Assembly: GCA_964607155.1 (NCBI GenBank)
Contig: CAZSIF010000002.1
Span: 33,124 to 97,123, forward strand
Reading direction: 5' to 3'
DNA length: 64,000 nucleotides
Origin: an uncultured Oscillospiraceae bacterium
Lineage (GTDB): Bacteria; Bacillota; Clostridia; Christensenellales; CAG-314
Within the stretch, counting starts at the first letter, position 1. The number at the start of each line of letters is the position of its first letter. The notes beneath the pieces are model-generated. The model was not told where the DNA came from. It ran no database searches and was given only the letters and a program-made list of their open reading frames with translations. This document shows, piece after piece, positions 1-7,218 of the stretch. The translations under genes were made by a program, and so were the position numbers.

Positions 1-657
1 CTTACCAAGCTGGAAGAGCGTTTGAGGGCAGGCGAGCCGATGCAGTACGTTATCGGACGTGAGGAGTTTTTCAAACGAGATTATGTTGTAACGCCCGATG
101 TGCTAATTCCTCGTCGTGAAACGGAGTTGGTGGCGGAGCAGCTGTTAAAGCGCGTAAGTCAATCAATGACGGTTTTGGATCTGTGCTGCGGCAGCGGTGT
201 GCTTGGCATAACCGCCGCGCTGGAAAAGGGCGCAAAGGTAACGCTTGCTGATATCGACGCAAAGGCGTTGGCTGTTGCAAAGATAAATGCAAAAAACAAT
301 AAAGCGCACGTTAAGTTTATTAAAAGCGACATGTTTGGCTCGTTAAACGGTCGTTATGATGCAATAGTGTGCAATCCGCCGTACATTCCGACGGGTGAAA
401 TCGATGAGCTTGACGATAGCGTTAAGAGTTACGAACCGCGCATCGCATTGGACGGTGGCAACGACGGGTTGGACTTTTATTGGCGACTTTCCAACGAGGC
501 GCATAAGCACCTTACCAAGGAAGGTTTGTTGGTTATGGAAATCGGCTATAATCAGGGCGATGCCGTGGCAAAAATGTTTGCCGATAGGTACAACGTGTTG
601 GTGATGAAGGATTATGCCGGCTGCGACCGAATTGTCGTAGCAGAACTAAAGGGTTAA
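1..657 (+). CDS. prmC: Release-factor glutamine N5-methyltransferase PrmC/HemK (5' end cut by window edge)
   Basis: Frame 1 is open from base 1. Translation shows the SAM-binding stretch VLDLCCGSGVLG and the catalytic NPPY motif (VCNPPYIP). The gene is adjacent to prfA. Confidence 0.9.
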   Translation, partial: LTKLEERLRAGEPMQYVIGREEFFKRDYVVTPDVLIPRRETELVAEQLLKRVSQSMTVLDLCCGSGVLGITAALEKGAKVTLADIDAKALAVAKINAKNNKAHVKFIKSDMFGSLNGRYDAIVCNPPYIPTGEIDELDDSVKSYEPRIALDGGNDGLDFYWRLSNEAHKHLTKEGLLVMEIGYNQGDAVAKMFADRYNVLVMKDYAGCDRIVVAELKG

Positions 658-677
658 AGGGTTTTATAGGAGAAATT

Positions 678-1739
678 ATGACGGATAAGCTGGATAAAAT
701 TGTGGAACGCTACAATTTTCTTACGGAGGAAATAGCCAAGCCGGAGGTTATTGCCGATAACAAAAGCTGGAAAAAACTCGTAAAAGAGCACAGCTCGCTT
801 ACGCCTATCGTCGAGTGCTATGAGGAATACAAAAAAACTCAAGCACAGTTGCAGGATAGCATTGAGCTTTCTGCAGAGGAAAAGGACAAGGAGATGCTTG
901 CGCTGCTACATGAGGATATTTCTGCTCAAAAAAAGCACATCGAGGAGCTCAACGAGCAGCTAAAAGTGCTGCTTTTGCCTAAAGATCCCAACGACGACAA
1001 AAACGTTATTATCGAAATTCGTGCCGGTGCGGGCGGCGAAGAGGCGGCATTGTTTGCTAACGAAATTCGCCGTATGTACTATATGTTTGCGGAAAAAAAT
1101 CGTTGGAAAATCGAGGAAATAGACATCGAGGAAAACGAATTGGGCGGTTTGAAAGAGGGCTCGTTCATGGTTGTGGGCGACGGCGCGTACAGCAAATTTA
1201 AGTTCGAAAGCGGCGTGCATCGCGTGCAGCGCGTACCTGATACGGAAAGTCAGGGGCGTATTCACACAAGCACCATTACCGTTGCCGTTCTGCCGGAAGC
1301 GCCTGATGTGGATATCGAAATTTTGGATAAGGATATCAAGATCGATACCTATCGTAGCTCGGGCGCAGGCGGACAGCACGTCAATAAAACGGAGTCGGCA
1401 ATACGAATTACGCATTTGCCAACGGGCATTGTGGTCAACTGTCAGGATGAGCGCAGTCAAATAAAGAATAGAGAAAAGGCGATGAATATTTTGCGCAGTA
1501 AGCTGTATGATTTTTATCAAACGCAAGCCGATGCGGAATATGCCGCAGCGCGCAAAAGTCAGGTCGGCACGGGCGACCGTAGCGAACGCATCCGTACTTA
1601 CAACTTTCCGCAGGGGCGCGTTACCGACCACCGCATAGGCTTGACGCTGTACAGCATCGATAATTTTATGAATGGCGACATTGCGGAAATGGTCGAGGGG
1701 CTAAGGTTGGCGGATCAAGCAGCCAAGTTGCAAGCTTAA
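678..1739 (+). CDS. prfA: Peptide chain release factor 1
   Basis: GGQ motif (SGAGGQHVNKTESAIRITHLPTG), RF1-type PxT region (RVPDTESQGRIHTS) and an AGGAG RBS upstream of the ATG. Confidence 0.95.
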   Translation: MTDKLDKIVERYNFLTEEIAKPEVIADNKSWKKLVKEHSSLTPIVECYEEYKKTQAQLQDSIELSAEEKDKEMLALLHEDISAQKKHIEELNEQLKVLLLPKDPNDDKNVIIEIRAGAGGEEAALFANEIRRMYYMFAEKNRWKIEEIDIEENELGGLKEGSFMVVGDGAYSKFKFESGVHRVQRVPDTESQGRIHTSTITVAVLPEAPDVDIEILDKDIKIDTYRSSGAGGQHVNKTESAIRITHLPTGIVVNCQDERSQIKNREKAMNILRSKLYDFYQTQADAEYAAARKSQVGTGDRSERIRTYNFPQGRVTDHRIGLTLYSIDNFMNGDIAEMVEGLRLADQAAKLQA

Positions 1740-1975
1740 TGGCTGAGCGACGTGCTTTGCGGTAATGTTTTGTATTTGCGTTACGAGCGAGTGTGCAAAG
1801 TGTTCTTTGGGCGCGTTTGATATAATGGCGTGCGTCGCTATGCGATGTGTTCCAAGTTGGGCTGTTGGGTTTTCGAGCGTTTGGTGACGCGTTTTATATT
1901 GAACGAACGTGTTTCGGAAGCATTATCGCAGTCGATAAAAAATGCAAGTTATTTTTTTATTTTTGCAAAAAACCA

Positions 1976-2004
1976 TTGAAGTTTATTGCGAAATATATTA
2001 CAAT
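1976..2004 (+). promoter_or_regulatory. Sigma-A-like promoter TTGAAG-17 nt-TACAAT
   Basis: Hexamers read directly at 1976-1981 and 1999-2004 with a 17-nt spacer, about 35 nt upstream of the P-loop ORF. Confidence 0.4.
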
Positions 2005-2039
2005 ATAAACACAGGCAAAAAGCTGTTTTTGCTTATTTT

Positions 2040-2465
2040 ATGGAGGATACTAAATTGATACAGATTATCTATGGCGGCAAAGGAAGCGGCAAAACAAAGC
2101 AAATAGTTGCATTGGCAAATCAATCTGCGCCGGAGGCAAAGGGTGCAATAGTGTACTTGGATAGAACAAACCATCGTATGCATGACCTTGATAGGGGCAT
2201 TCGTTTGGTTGACGCATCCCACTACGGACTTTCCACGCAAAGCGAGGTGTTGGCGTTTGTAAAGGGAATGCTTGCCGGCAACTACGATATCGAGCTGTTT
2301 TACATTGACGGCTTAACGCGTTTGCTGGATTGCAACATTTCGGAGCTTAGGGAGTTCTATGACGGTATTGACGCACTTTCCAAGGAATTTGGCATCAAGT
2401 TTGTTATTACCGCAAGCGGCACCAAGGATGAGTTGCCTGACTTTATCGCCAGATACGTTGACTGA
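2040..2465 (+). CDS. Small stand-alone P-loop NTPase, function unknown
   Basis: Walker A GGKGSGKT near the N-terminus and a Walker-B-like hydrophobic strand ending in Asp (ELFYIDGL). Start is ambiguous: ATG at 2040 has no RBS, while TTG at 2055 follows GGAGG (2042-2046) by 8 nt. The upstream part of the 1986 ORF overlaps the promoter and was dropped. Confidence 0.55.
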   Translation: MEDTKLIQIIYGGKGSGKTKQIVALANQSAPEAKGAIVYLDRTNHRMHDLDRGIRLVDASHYGLSTQSEVLAFVKGMLAGNYDIELFYIDGLTRLLDCNISELREFYDGIDALSKEFGIKFVITASGTKDELPDFIARYVD

Positions 2466-2502
2466 TTTTGTCAAACAAATACATACGTTTAATAATTCAA
2501 AG

Positions 2503-2533
2503 CGCTGTTTCGCAAAGGAACGGCGTTTTTTTT
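2503..2533 (+). terminator. Intrinsic terminator after the P-loop gene
   Basis: 7-bp stem (cgctgtt / aacggcg, one G-U pair) followed by a T8 run. Confidence 0.6.
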
Positions 2534-2840
2534 GCGGCTTTTTTGGCGCGATTGACGGTGTTTAATGCAAAAAAAGCAGAATAAGCTTGTTGAATATGCA
2601 AAATCTTGCTTGAACGGAGACATTGGAAATGGCGCAAGACCGCCGATGGACTTCGTAACGGTTGTGGCGTGGTATAAATCGGTTGAGTTTTGCTTTCTGT
2701 TTGCTGCGTCGTGAGTTGGCTTCAAAACTTTTTGCAGAAGGCTGACGAGGCGTGAGCGTGAACGGGCGGTTTGAAAATTAAACGGGGGAGGATAATGCGG
2801 CTTTCGAGAAAAAAATTTGCAAAAATTTATAATAATTTTA

Positions 2841-2868
2841 TTGACAAATCTTTTTTCGGTGGTATAAT
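2841..2868 (+). promoter_or_regulatory. Strong sigma-A-like promoter TTGACA-16 nt-TATAAT with extended -10 (TGg)
   Basis: TTGACA at 2841-2846 and tggTATAAT ending at 2868. Tandem CGTAAA hexamers at 2874-2879 and 2882-2887 sit around the expected transcription start. Confidence 0.6.
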
Positions 2869-2907
2869 GTGGGCGTAAAAACGTAAATAGATAATTGCGG
2901 AGGAAAT

Positions 2908-3558
2908 ATGTCCAAGAGTATTTACAGTTTGTTGCTTAGCGACGACGTTGTTGCGGCGGTGGATGCGATGGCGGCAGTGCGTGGGCTTTCGCGCTCGGCG
3001 GTGGTGGATAGTTTGCTATCGGAGTGCGTGGGGTTGCAGACGGGTGATGTCAGGATGCGCAACATTTGGGAGGAAATGGATGCAATGCTTGCGCGCGTGA
3101 GTGCGATGCATTTTGTTAATAACGCTCAAATCAATTTGGCGCAAATAATAACCTCGCTGCCTGTAAAATACAGTCCCAAAATACGCTATCAGCTGGAGCT
3201 TACCGAGGGCGAGCGTTCGGTTTGCGCAATCACGCTAAACACGCGCACGCAAAATCCGCTGTTGACTATGGCGTTTGATAACTTTTATCAGCGGCTTGCC
3301 GCGTTGGAACGGCAGTATCTAAATAACGTTACGGCACGCTACGGTAATGGCAAATATGTCAGTCTGCTGTTTGTTGGCGGCAGTGACGCGTCGCAGGCGG
3401 CACACGAGATTTTGGAGTACGTCGTGACGCTTGACGGCATGTTGCGCGCTTGGATAAGCGGAGACGAAACAACCGTTGCGGAGTTGTTTGCCGAGTATGC
3501 GGATAGCCATCGCGGCAACAGACTTTCAAGCAGTAATGCGTATTTGTTGGATAGATAA
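2908..3558 (+). CDS. Ribbon-helix-helix (CopG/Arc/MetJ-like) N-terminal domain protein with an uncharacterised C-terminal region of about 170 aa
   Basis: N-terminus IYSLLLSDDVVAAVDAMAAVRGLSRSAVVDSLLSECV fits the strand-helix-helix pattern of CopG-type repressors (..RG.SRS..). GGAGG RBS present. The stop lies 18 nt before clpB. Confidence 0.6.
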   Translation: MSKSIYSLLLSDDVVAAVDAMAAVRGLSRSAVVDSLLSECVGLQTGDVRMRNIWEEMDAMLARVSAMHFVNNAQINLAQIITSLPVKYSPKIRYQLELTEGERSVCAITLNTRTQNPLLTMAFDNFYQRLAALERQYLNNVTARYGNGKYVSLLFVGGSDASQAAHEILEYVVTLDGMLRAWISGDETTVAELFAEYADSHRGNRLSSSNAYLLDR

Positions 3559-3576
3559 CGTCAGGGAGGTGATTTT

Positions 3577-6162
3577 ATGAATATGAACAATTACACTCAA
3601 AAAACGATAGAGGCAATACAAGCGGCGGAAACGCTTGCTCGACAAAACGGCAACAGCGAGTTGCAGTCGTTGCACTTGTTGTGCGGTCTGCTGGATGATG
3701 AGCAGGGCTTTGTTACCTCTGTGCTGGCTGGCTGCGAGGTGGACGTGAGTGCCCTCAAAAATGCTGCATTGCAGGAGGTTTCACGTCTGCCTAAAATGAG
3801 CGGAGGCGTGCAAGTGTACCTTTCCGGCGAGGTTAATGCCGTGTTTGATGCGGCGGAAAAAACGGCATCGGATATGAAGGACGAATATGTTTCTGTCGAA
3901 CACGTTATGTTGGCGTTGCTGGATAAAGGCGTACAACTTTCGTCATTACTAAGGCGTTACGGCGTCACTAAAGAGGCGTTTTTGCGCACTATGGCAAAAA
4001 TGCGCGGAAATGTGCGCGTCACGAGCGATAATCCCGAAGCAACCTTTGACGCCCTTGGCAAGTATGCCACCGACCTTGTTGCGCTTGCCGCCAAGCACAA
4101 GCTTGACCCTGTGATTGGCAGAGAGGACGAAATTCGCAGCTGCACGCAAATTCTATCGAGAAAAACCAAAAACAATCCCGTGCTGATAGGTGAGGCGGGC
4201 GTGGGCAAAACCGCTATAGCCGAGGGACTCGCCCAAAGAATTGCCGCAGGCGACGTGCCGCAGGGGCTAAAAAATCGCAAGCTGTTTTCTCTTGATCTCG
4301 GCGCGCTTGTTGCGGGCGCAAAGTTCCGCGGAGAGTTCGAGGAGCGACTCAAAGCGGTGCTTAACGAGGTCAAAAAAAGCGATGGGCAAATTATTTTGTT
4401 CATTGACGAGCTGCACACCATTGTCGGGGCAGGCAAAACGGACGGCGCAATGGACGCCGGCAATCTTTTGAAACCCATGCTTGCGCGCGGCGAGCTGCAC
4501 TGCATAGGCGCAACCACGCTGGACGAGTATCGCAAGTATATCGAAAAGGACCCTGCGTTGGAGCGGCGTTTTCAGCCTGTGTTGGTCAATCAGCCCACGG
4601 TGGAGGATACCATTTCCATTTTGCGTGGCTTAAAGGATCGCTACGAGGTATTTCACGGCGTAAAAATTCAAGATAACGCCCTTATTGCCGCCGCAACGCT
4701 ATCGGATAGGTACATTTCCGACCGTTTTTTGCCGGATAAAGCCATCGACCTTGTGGATGAGGCGTGCGCAATGATTCGCACCGAGATGGACAGCATGCCA
4801 AGTGAGATGGATAACGCATCTCGCCGCATAATGCAGTTGCAAATCGAGTTGCAAGCTATTGAAAAGGAAACGGATAAACTTTCCGCCGCGCACAAGCAGG
4901 AGTTAAGCAAGGAGCTTGCCGAGCTTACGGATAAATACAACGGCATGAAGGCTCGCTGGACAAACGAAAAACAAGCCATCTCTCAGGTGCAGTTGCTGCG
5001 TGCGCAAATCGACGAGGTTAATGCGCAAATTGCCACGGCGGAGCGCGATTACGACCTTAATAAGGCGGCGGAGCTAAAGTACGGCAAGCTGCCACAGCTT
5101 ACGGCTCAGCTTGAGCAGCAGGAAAAGGCAATAAACGGCAACGCGGATAGCCTGCTCCACGATAGGGTTACCGATGAGGAAATTGCAAAAATCATCGGTC
5201 GCTGGACGGGCATTCCCGTTTCGCGTTTGCAGCAGGCGGAAAAGCAAAAGCTTGTGCAGCTGCCGAGTATAATGCACAAGCGCGTGGTGGGGCAAAACGA
5301 TGCCGTCACAAAGGTGTGCAACGCCATTTTGCGTTCTCGCGCGGGCATTGTGGACCCTAACCGCCCGATAGGCAGCTTTATGTTTCTTGGTCCTACGGGC
5401 GTTGGCAAAACCGAGCTTGCCAAGACGCTTGCGGAAAACCTTTTCGACGACGAACGCAACATTGTGCGTATAGATATGTCCGAGTATATGGAAAAGTACT
5501 CCGTATCTCGCCTTTTGGGTGCGCCTCCGGGATATGTCGGCTACGAGGAGGGCGGTCAGCTAACAGAGGCGGTGCGCCGCAAGCCGTACAGCGTGGTGCT
5601 GTTCGACGAGATAGAAAAGGCTCACCCCGATGTGTTCAACGTGTTGTTGCAAATCCTCGATGACGGCAGGGTTACGGATAGTCAGGGGCGCACGGTGGAC
5701 TTTAAGAACACGATAATAATAATGACAAGCAACCTTGGTAGCAGTCTGATATTGGACGGCATCGATGCCAACGGCGAGCTTTCGCCAGAGGCGGAACAGG
5801 GGGTTAACAAGCTGTTGAAGCAGCAATTCCGCCCAGAGTTCCTCAACCGCTTGGACGAAATTGTAATTTTCCGTCCGCTTGGCAGGGACGAGATTGCAAA
5901 AATCGTGGACTTGCTTGTAGCCAAACTTGCCGCAAGGTTGACAGATAAGCAGCTTAAACTGGTCGTAACGGACGCTGCAAAGCAGTTTATTGTGCAAAAC
6001 GGCTACGATCCCGTGTACGGCGCGCGCCCACTAAAGCGATACCTGCAAAGCCATGTGGAAACGCTTGTTGCAATGGAAATTGTCAATAACGACCTTGCTC
6101 CCGATACAACGCTTACCGTGGATGTTATGGGCGGCGAGCTTACTGTGCGTGCGGATCGATAA
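3577..6162 (+). CDS. clpB: ATP-dependent disaggregase ClpB
   Basis: 861 aa with two AAA modules (GEAGVGKT and GPTGVGKT Walker A motifs), a long coiled-coil middle domain and a Clp N-domain. GGAGG RBS present. Confidence 0.97.
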   Translation: MNMNNYTQKTIEAIQAAETLARQNGNSELQSLHLLCGLLDDEQGFVTSVLAGCEVDVSALKNAALQEVSRLPKMSGGVQVYLSGEVNAVFDAAEKTASDMKDEYVSVEHVMLALLDKGVQLSSLLRRYGVTKEAFLRTMAKMRGNVRVTSDNPEATFDALGKYATDLVALAAKHKLDPVIGREDEIRSCTQILSRKTKNNPVLIGEAGVGKTAIAEGLAQRIAAGDVPQGLKNRKLFSLDLGALVAGAKFRGEFEERLKAVLNEVKKSDGQIILFIDELHTIVGAGKTDGAMDAGNLLKPMLARGELHCIGATTLDEYRKYIEKDPALERRFQPVLVNQPTVEDTISILRGLKDRYEVFHGVKIQDNALIAAATLSDRYISDRFLPDKAIDLVDEACAMIRTEMDSMPSEMDNASRRIMQLQIELQAIEKETDKLSAAHKQELSKELAELTDKYNGMKARWTNEKQAISQVQLLRAQIDEVNAQIATAERDYDLNKAAELKYGKLPQLTAQLEQQEKAINGNADSLLHDRVTDEEIAKIIGRWTGIPVSRLQQAEKQKLVQLPSIMHKRVVGQNDAVTKVCNAILRSRAGIVDPNRPIGSFMFLGPTGVGKTELAKTLAENLFDDERNIVRIDMSEYMEKYSVSRLLGAPPGYVGYEEGGQLTEAVRRKPYSVVLFDEIEKAHPDVFNVLLQILDDGRVTDSQGRTVDFKNTIIIMTSNLGSSLILDGIDANGELSPEAEQGVNKLLKQQFRPEFLNRLDEIVIFRPLGRDEIAKIVDLLVAKLAARLTDKQLKLVVTDAAKQFIVQNGYDPVYGARPLKRYLQSHVETLVAMEIVNNDLAPDTTLTVDVMGGELTVRADR

Positions 6163-6242
6163 AGCGGTGCGCGCCAACTTGCAGCGCATGATAAGGCTGT
6201 AATCGTTCGCCATTGCAAAATTTAATATGTCGGTAGGCAAAA

Positions 6243-6275
6243 AGGTTTCTTTCTAACGGAAGGAACCTTTTTTTT
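6243..6275 (+). terminator. Intrinsic terminator of clpB
   Basis: 11-bp stem aggtttctttc / ggaaggaacct (two G-U pairs), 4-nt loop, then a T7 run. Confidence 0.8.
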
Positions 6276-6323
6276 ATTGTGAGCGTGGCGGCGCTTGGAC
6301 GTGAACCCATTTGCAGTCGGCAA

Positions 6324-6481
6324 GGCAGATGTTAAAGACGGGCTTGTTTTTTTGCGGTGGGACAGATGGGGTACAAAACAGGATAATTTTTTGCGGTTTG
6401 AACTGCAGTCATTCAAGGCGCGATTGCTTTTTGGGGGAATGGCAGATGTTTAAGTCGGGATTATTGTTTTTTTGCGGTGGG
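6324..6481. repeat. Pair of imperfect direct repeats of about 40 bp (6324-6361 and 6441-6481)
   Basis: ggcagatgtt(t)aa.g.cggg...tt(g)tttttttgcggtggg occurs twice, 117 bp apart. A partial third copy (ttttttgcggt) lies at about 6387-6397. Confidence 0.7.
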
Positions 6482-6991
6482 TAGGGCGTGCTTAATGCGA
6501 GTTTTGCCGTTGCAACCGTGCACTTGAGGCGCAAGCTTGTTTGTATTGTGGTAATGGCGCGCGGTGCGTAACAGATTTGTGCCTTATGCCGTGCGGAAAA
6601 GCATTATCGGTCGCCCAATGTTGCAATGGGTGCGCCAAGTGGCGGCTTGCTAAGGGCTGATTTTGTTAGCTCAATGTTGCCTATTGCTTGTGGCGCATTT
6701 ATTGCATAATCAAATCACAACACAAACACAACTACCCTTAAAGTTTATAGCCATCGTTTTTCACGCCAAATGGCTTTGAGTTGGCAAAAATAGCCGTTTT
6801 AACAAATTATCTTTTTTGCCGCGCCAAAAATGCGGTTTTGTTCGCAACTCCGCCACGGCGCACAAGCATAACAAGCTTAACCGAAAGTGCGCAACGCACG
6901 CCCCAAAAGCCGTGCATACGTCGTACAAAAATTATCATTTATGTTATTAAGTGAACATCACAAACTTTTTTATTTTTATTTCCAAAAAGTA

Positions 6992-7021
6992 TTGACACGA
7001 CGGCACGGGGGGGGGTATACT
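6992..7021 (+). promoter_or_regulatory. Promoter-like TTGACA-18 nt-TATACT with a G9 tract in the spacer
   Basis: TTGACA at 6992-6997, TATACT at 7016-7021, and an uninterrupted run of nine G at 7007-7015. It is the only good -35/-10 pair I see upstream of the starch locus. Confidence 0.5.
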
Positions 7022-7041
7022 TCTTAAGCTAAATACTTTGT

Positions 7042-7058
7042 TTGGCAAGCTCTTGCAA
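7042..7058 (+). promoter_or_regulatory. Imperfect palindrome resembling a LacI-family operator
   Basis: ttgGCAAGctCTTGCaa lies about 20 nt downstream of the putative -10. No LacI-type regulator gene is present in the window. Confidence 0.25.
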
Positions 7059-7080
7059 TGTGCAAGGGACTTGTGCCCGA

Positions 7081-7116
7081 GCAAAATAGGTACAAAATGT
7101 CCTATTTTTGCTTTTT
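7081..7116 (+). terminator. Terminator-like hairpin inside the 5' leader of the starch locus
   Basis: gcaaaatagg / cctatttttgc stem (one bulged T), 10-nt loop, then TTTTT. It lies about 100 nt before the first ATG, so it could be an attenuator. Confidence 0.4.
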
Positions 7117-7218
7117 GTGCTTGCGTGCACGCATGGGTGTACGCGTACGCACGTTAAAATATGGTTTTTTGGGGATAGTTCCCCACTAAATAAAACACAT
7201 TATTTTAGGAGGAAAACA

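Noticed and set aside
2040-3558. P-loop protein plus RHH protein as a ParA/ParG-type partition or toxin-antitoxin module.
   Set aside because: The Walker A is classical (GxxxxGKT), not the deviant KGGxxK[ST] type. The genes are separated by 440 bp containing a terminator and a separate promoter, and the RHH gene is instead tightly linked to clpB.
6324-6481. Possible CRISPR array from the 40-bp repeats.
   Set aside because: Only two imperfect copies with a 79-bp spacer, no cas genes, and the repeats differ by several substitutions and indels.
7108-7218. N-terminal extensions of track ORFs (7108, 13116, 17468, 20175, 21920, 27297, 29389, 30715, 31544, 26060 on minus, 38838 on minus, 51381 on minus, 58366).
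   Set aside because: In each case an internal start is preceded by a GGAGG-type RBS. That start begins a proper signal peptide or conserved N-terminus, while the extension overlaps promoters, terminators or the preceding gene.
7022-7218. CcpA cre site in the starch-locus leader.
   Set aside because: No match to TGWAANCGNTNWCA-type sequences could be found by eye. Only the LacI-like palindrome is reported, at low confidence.
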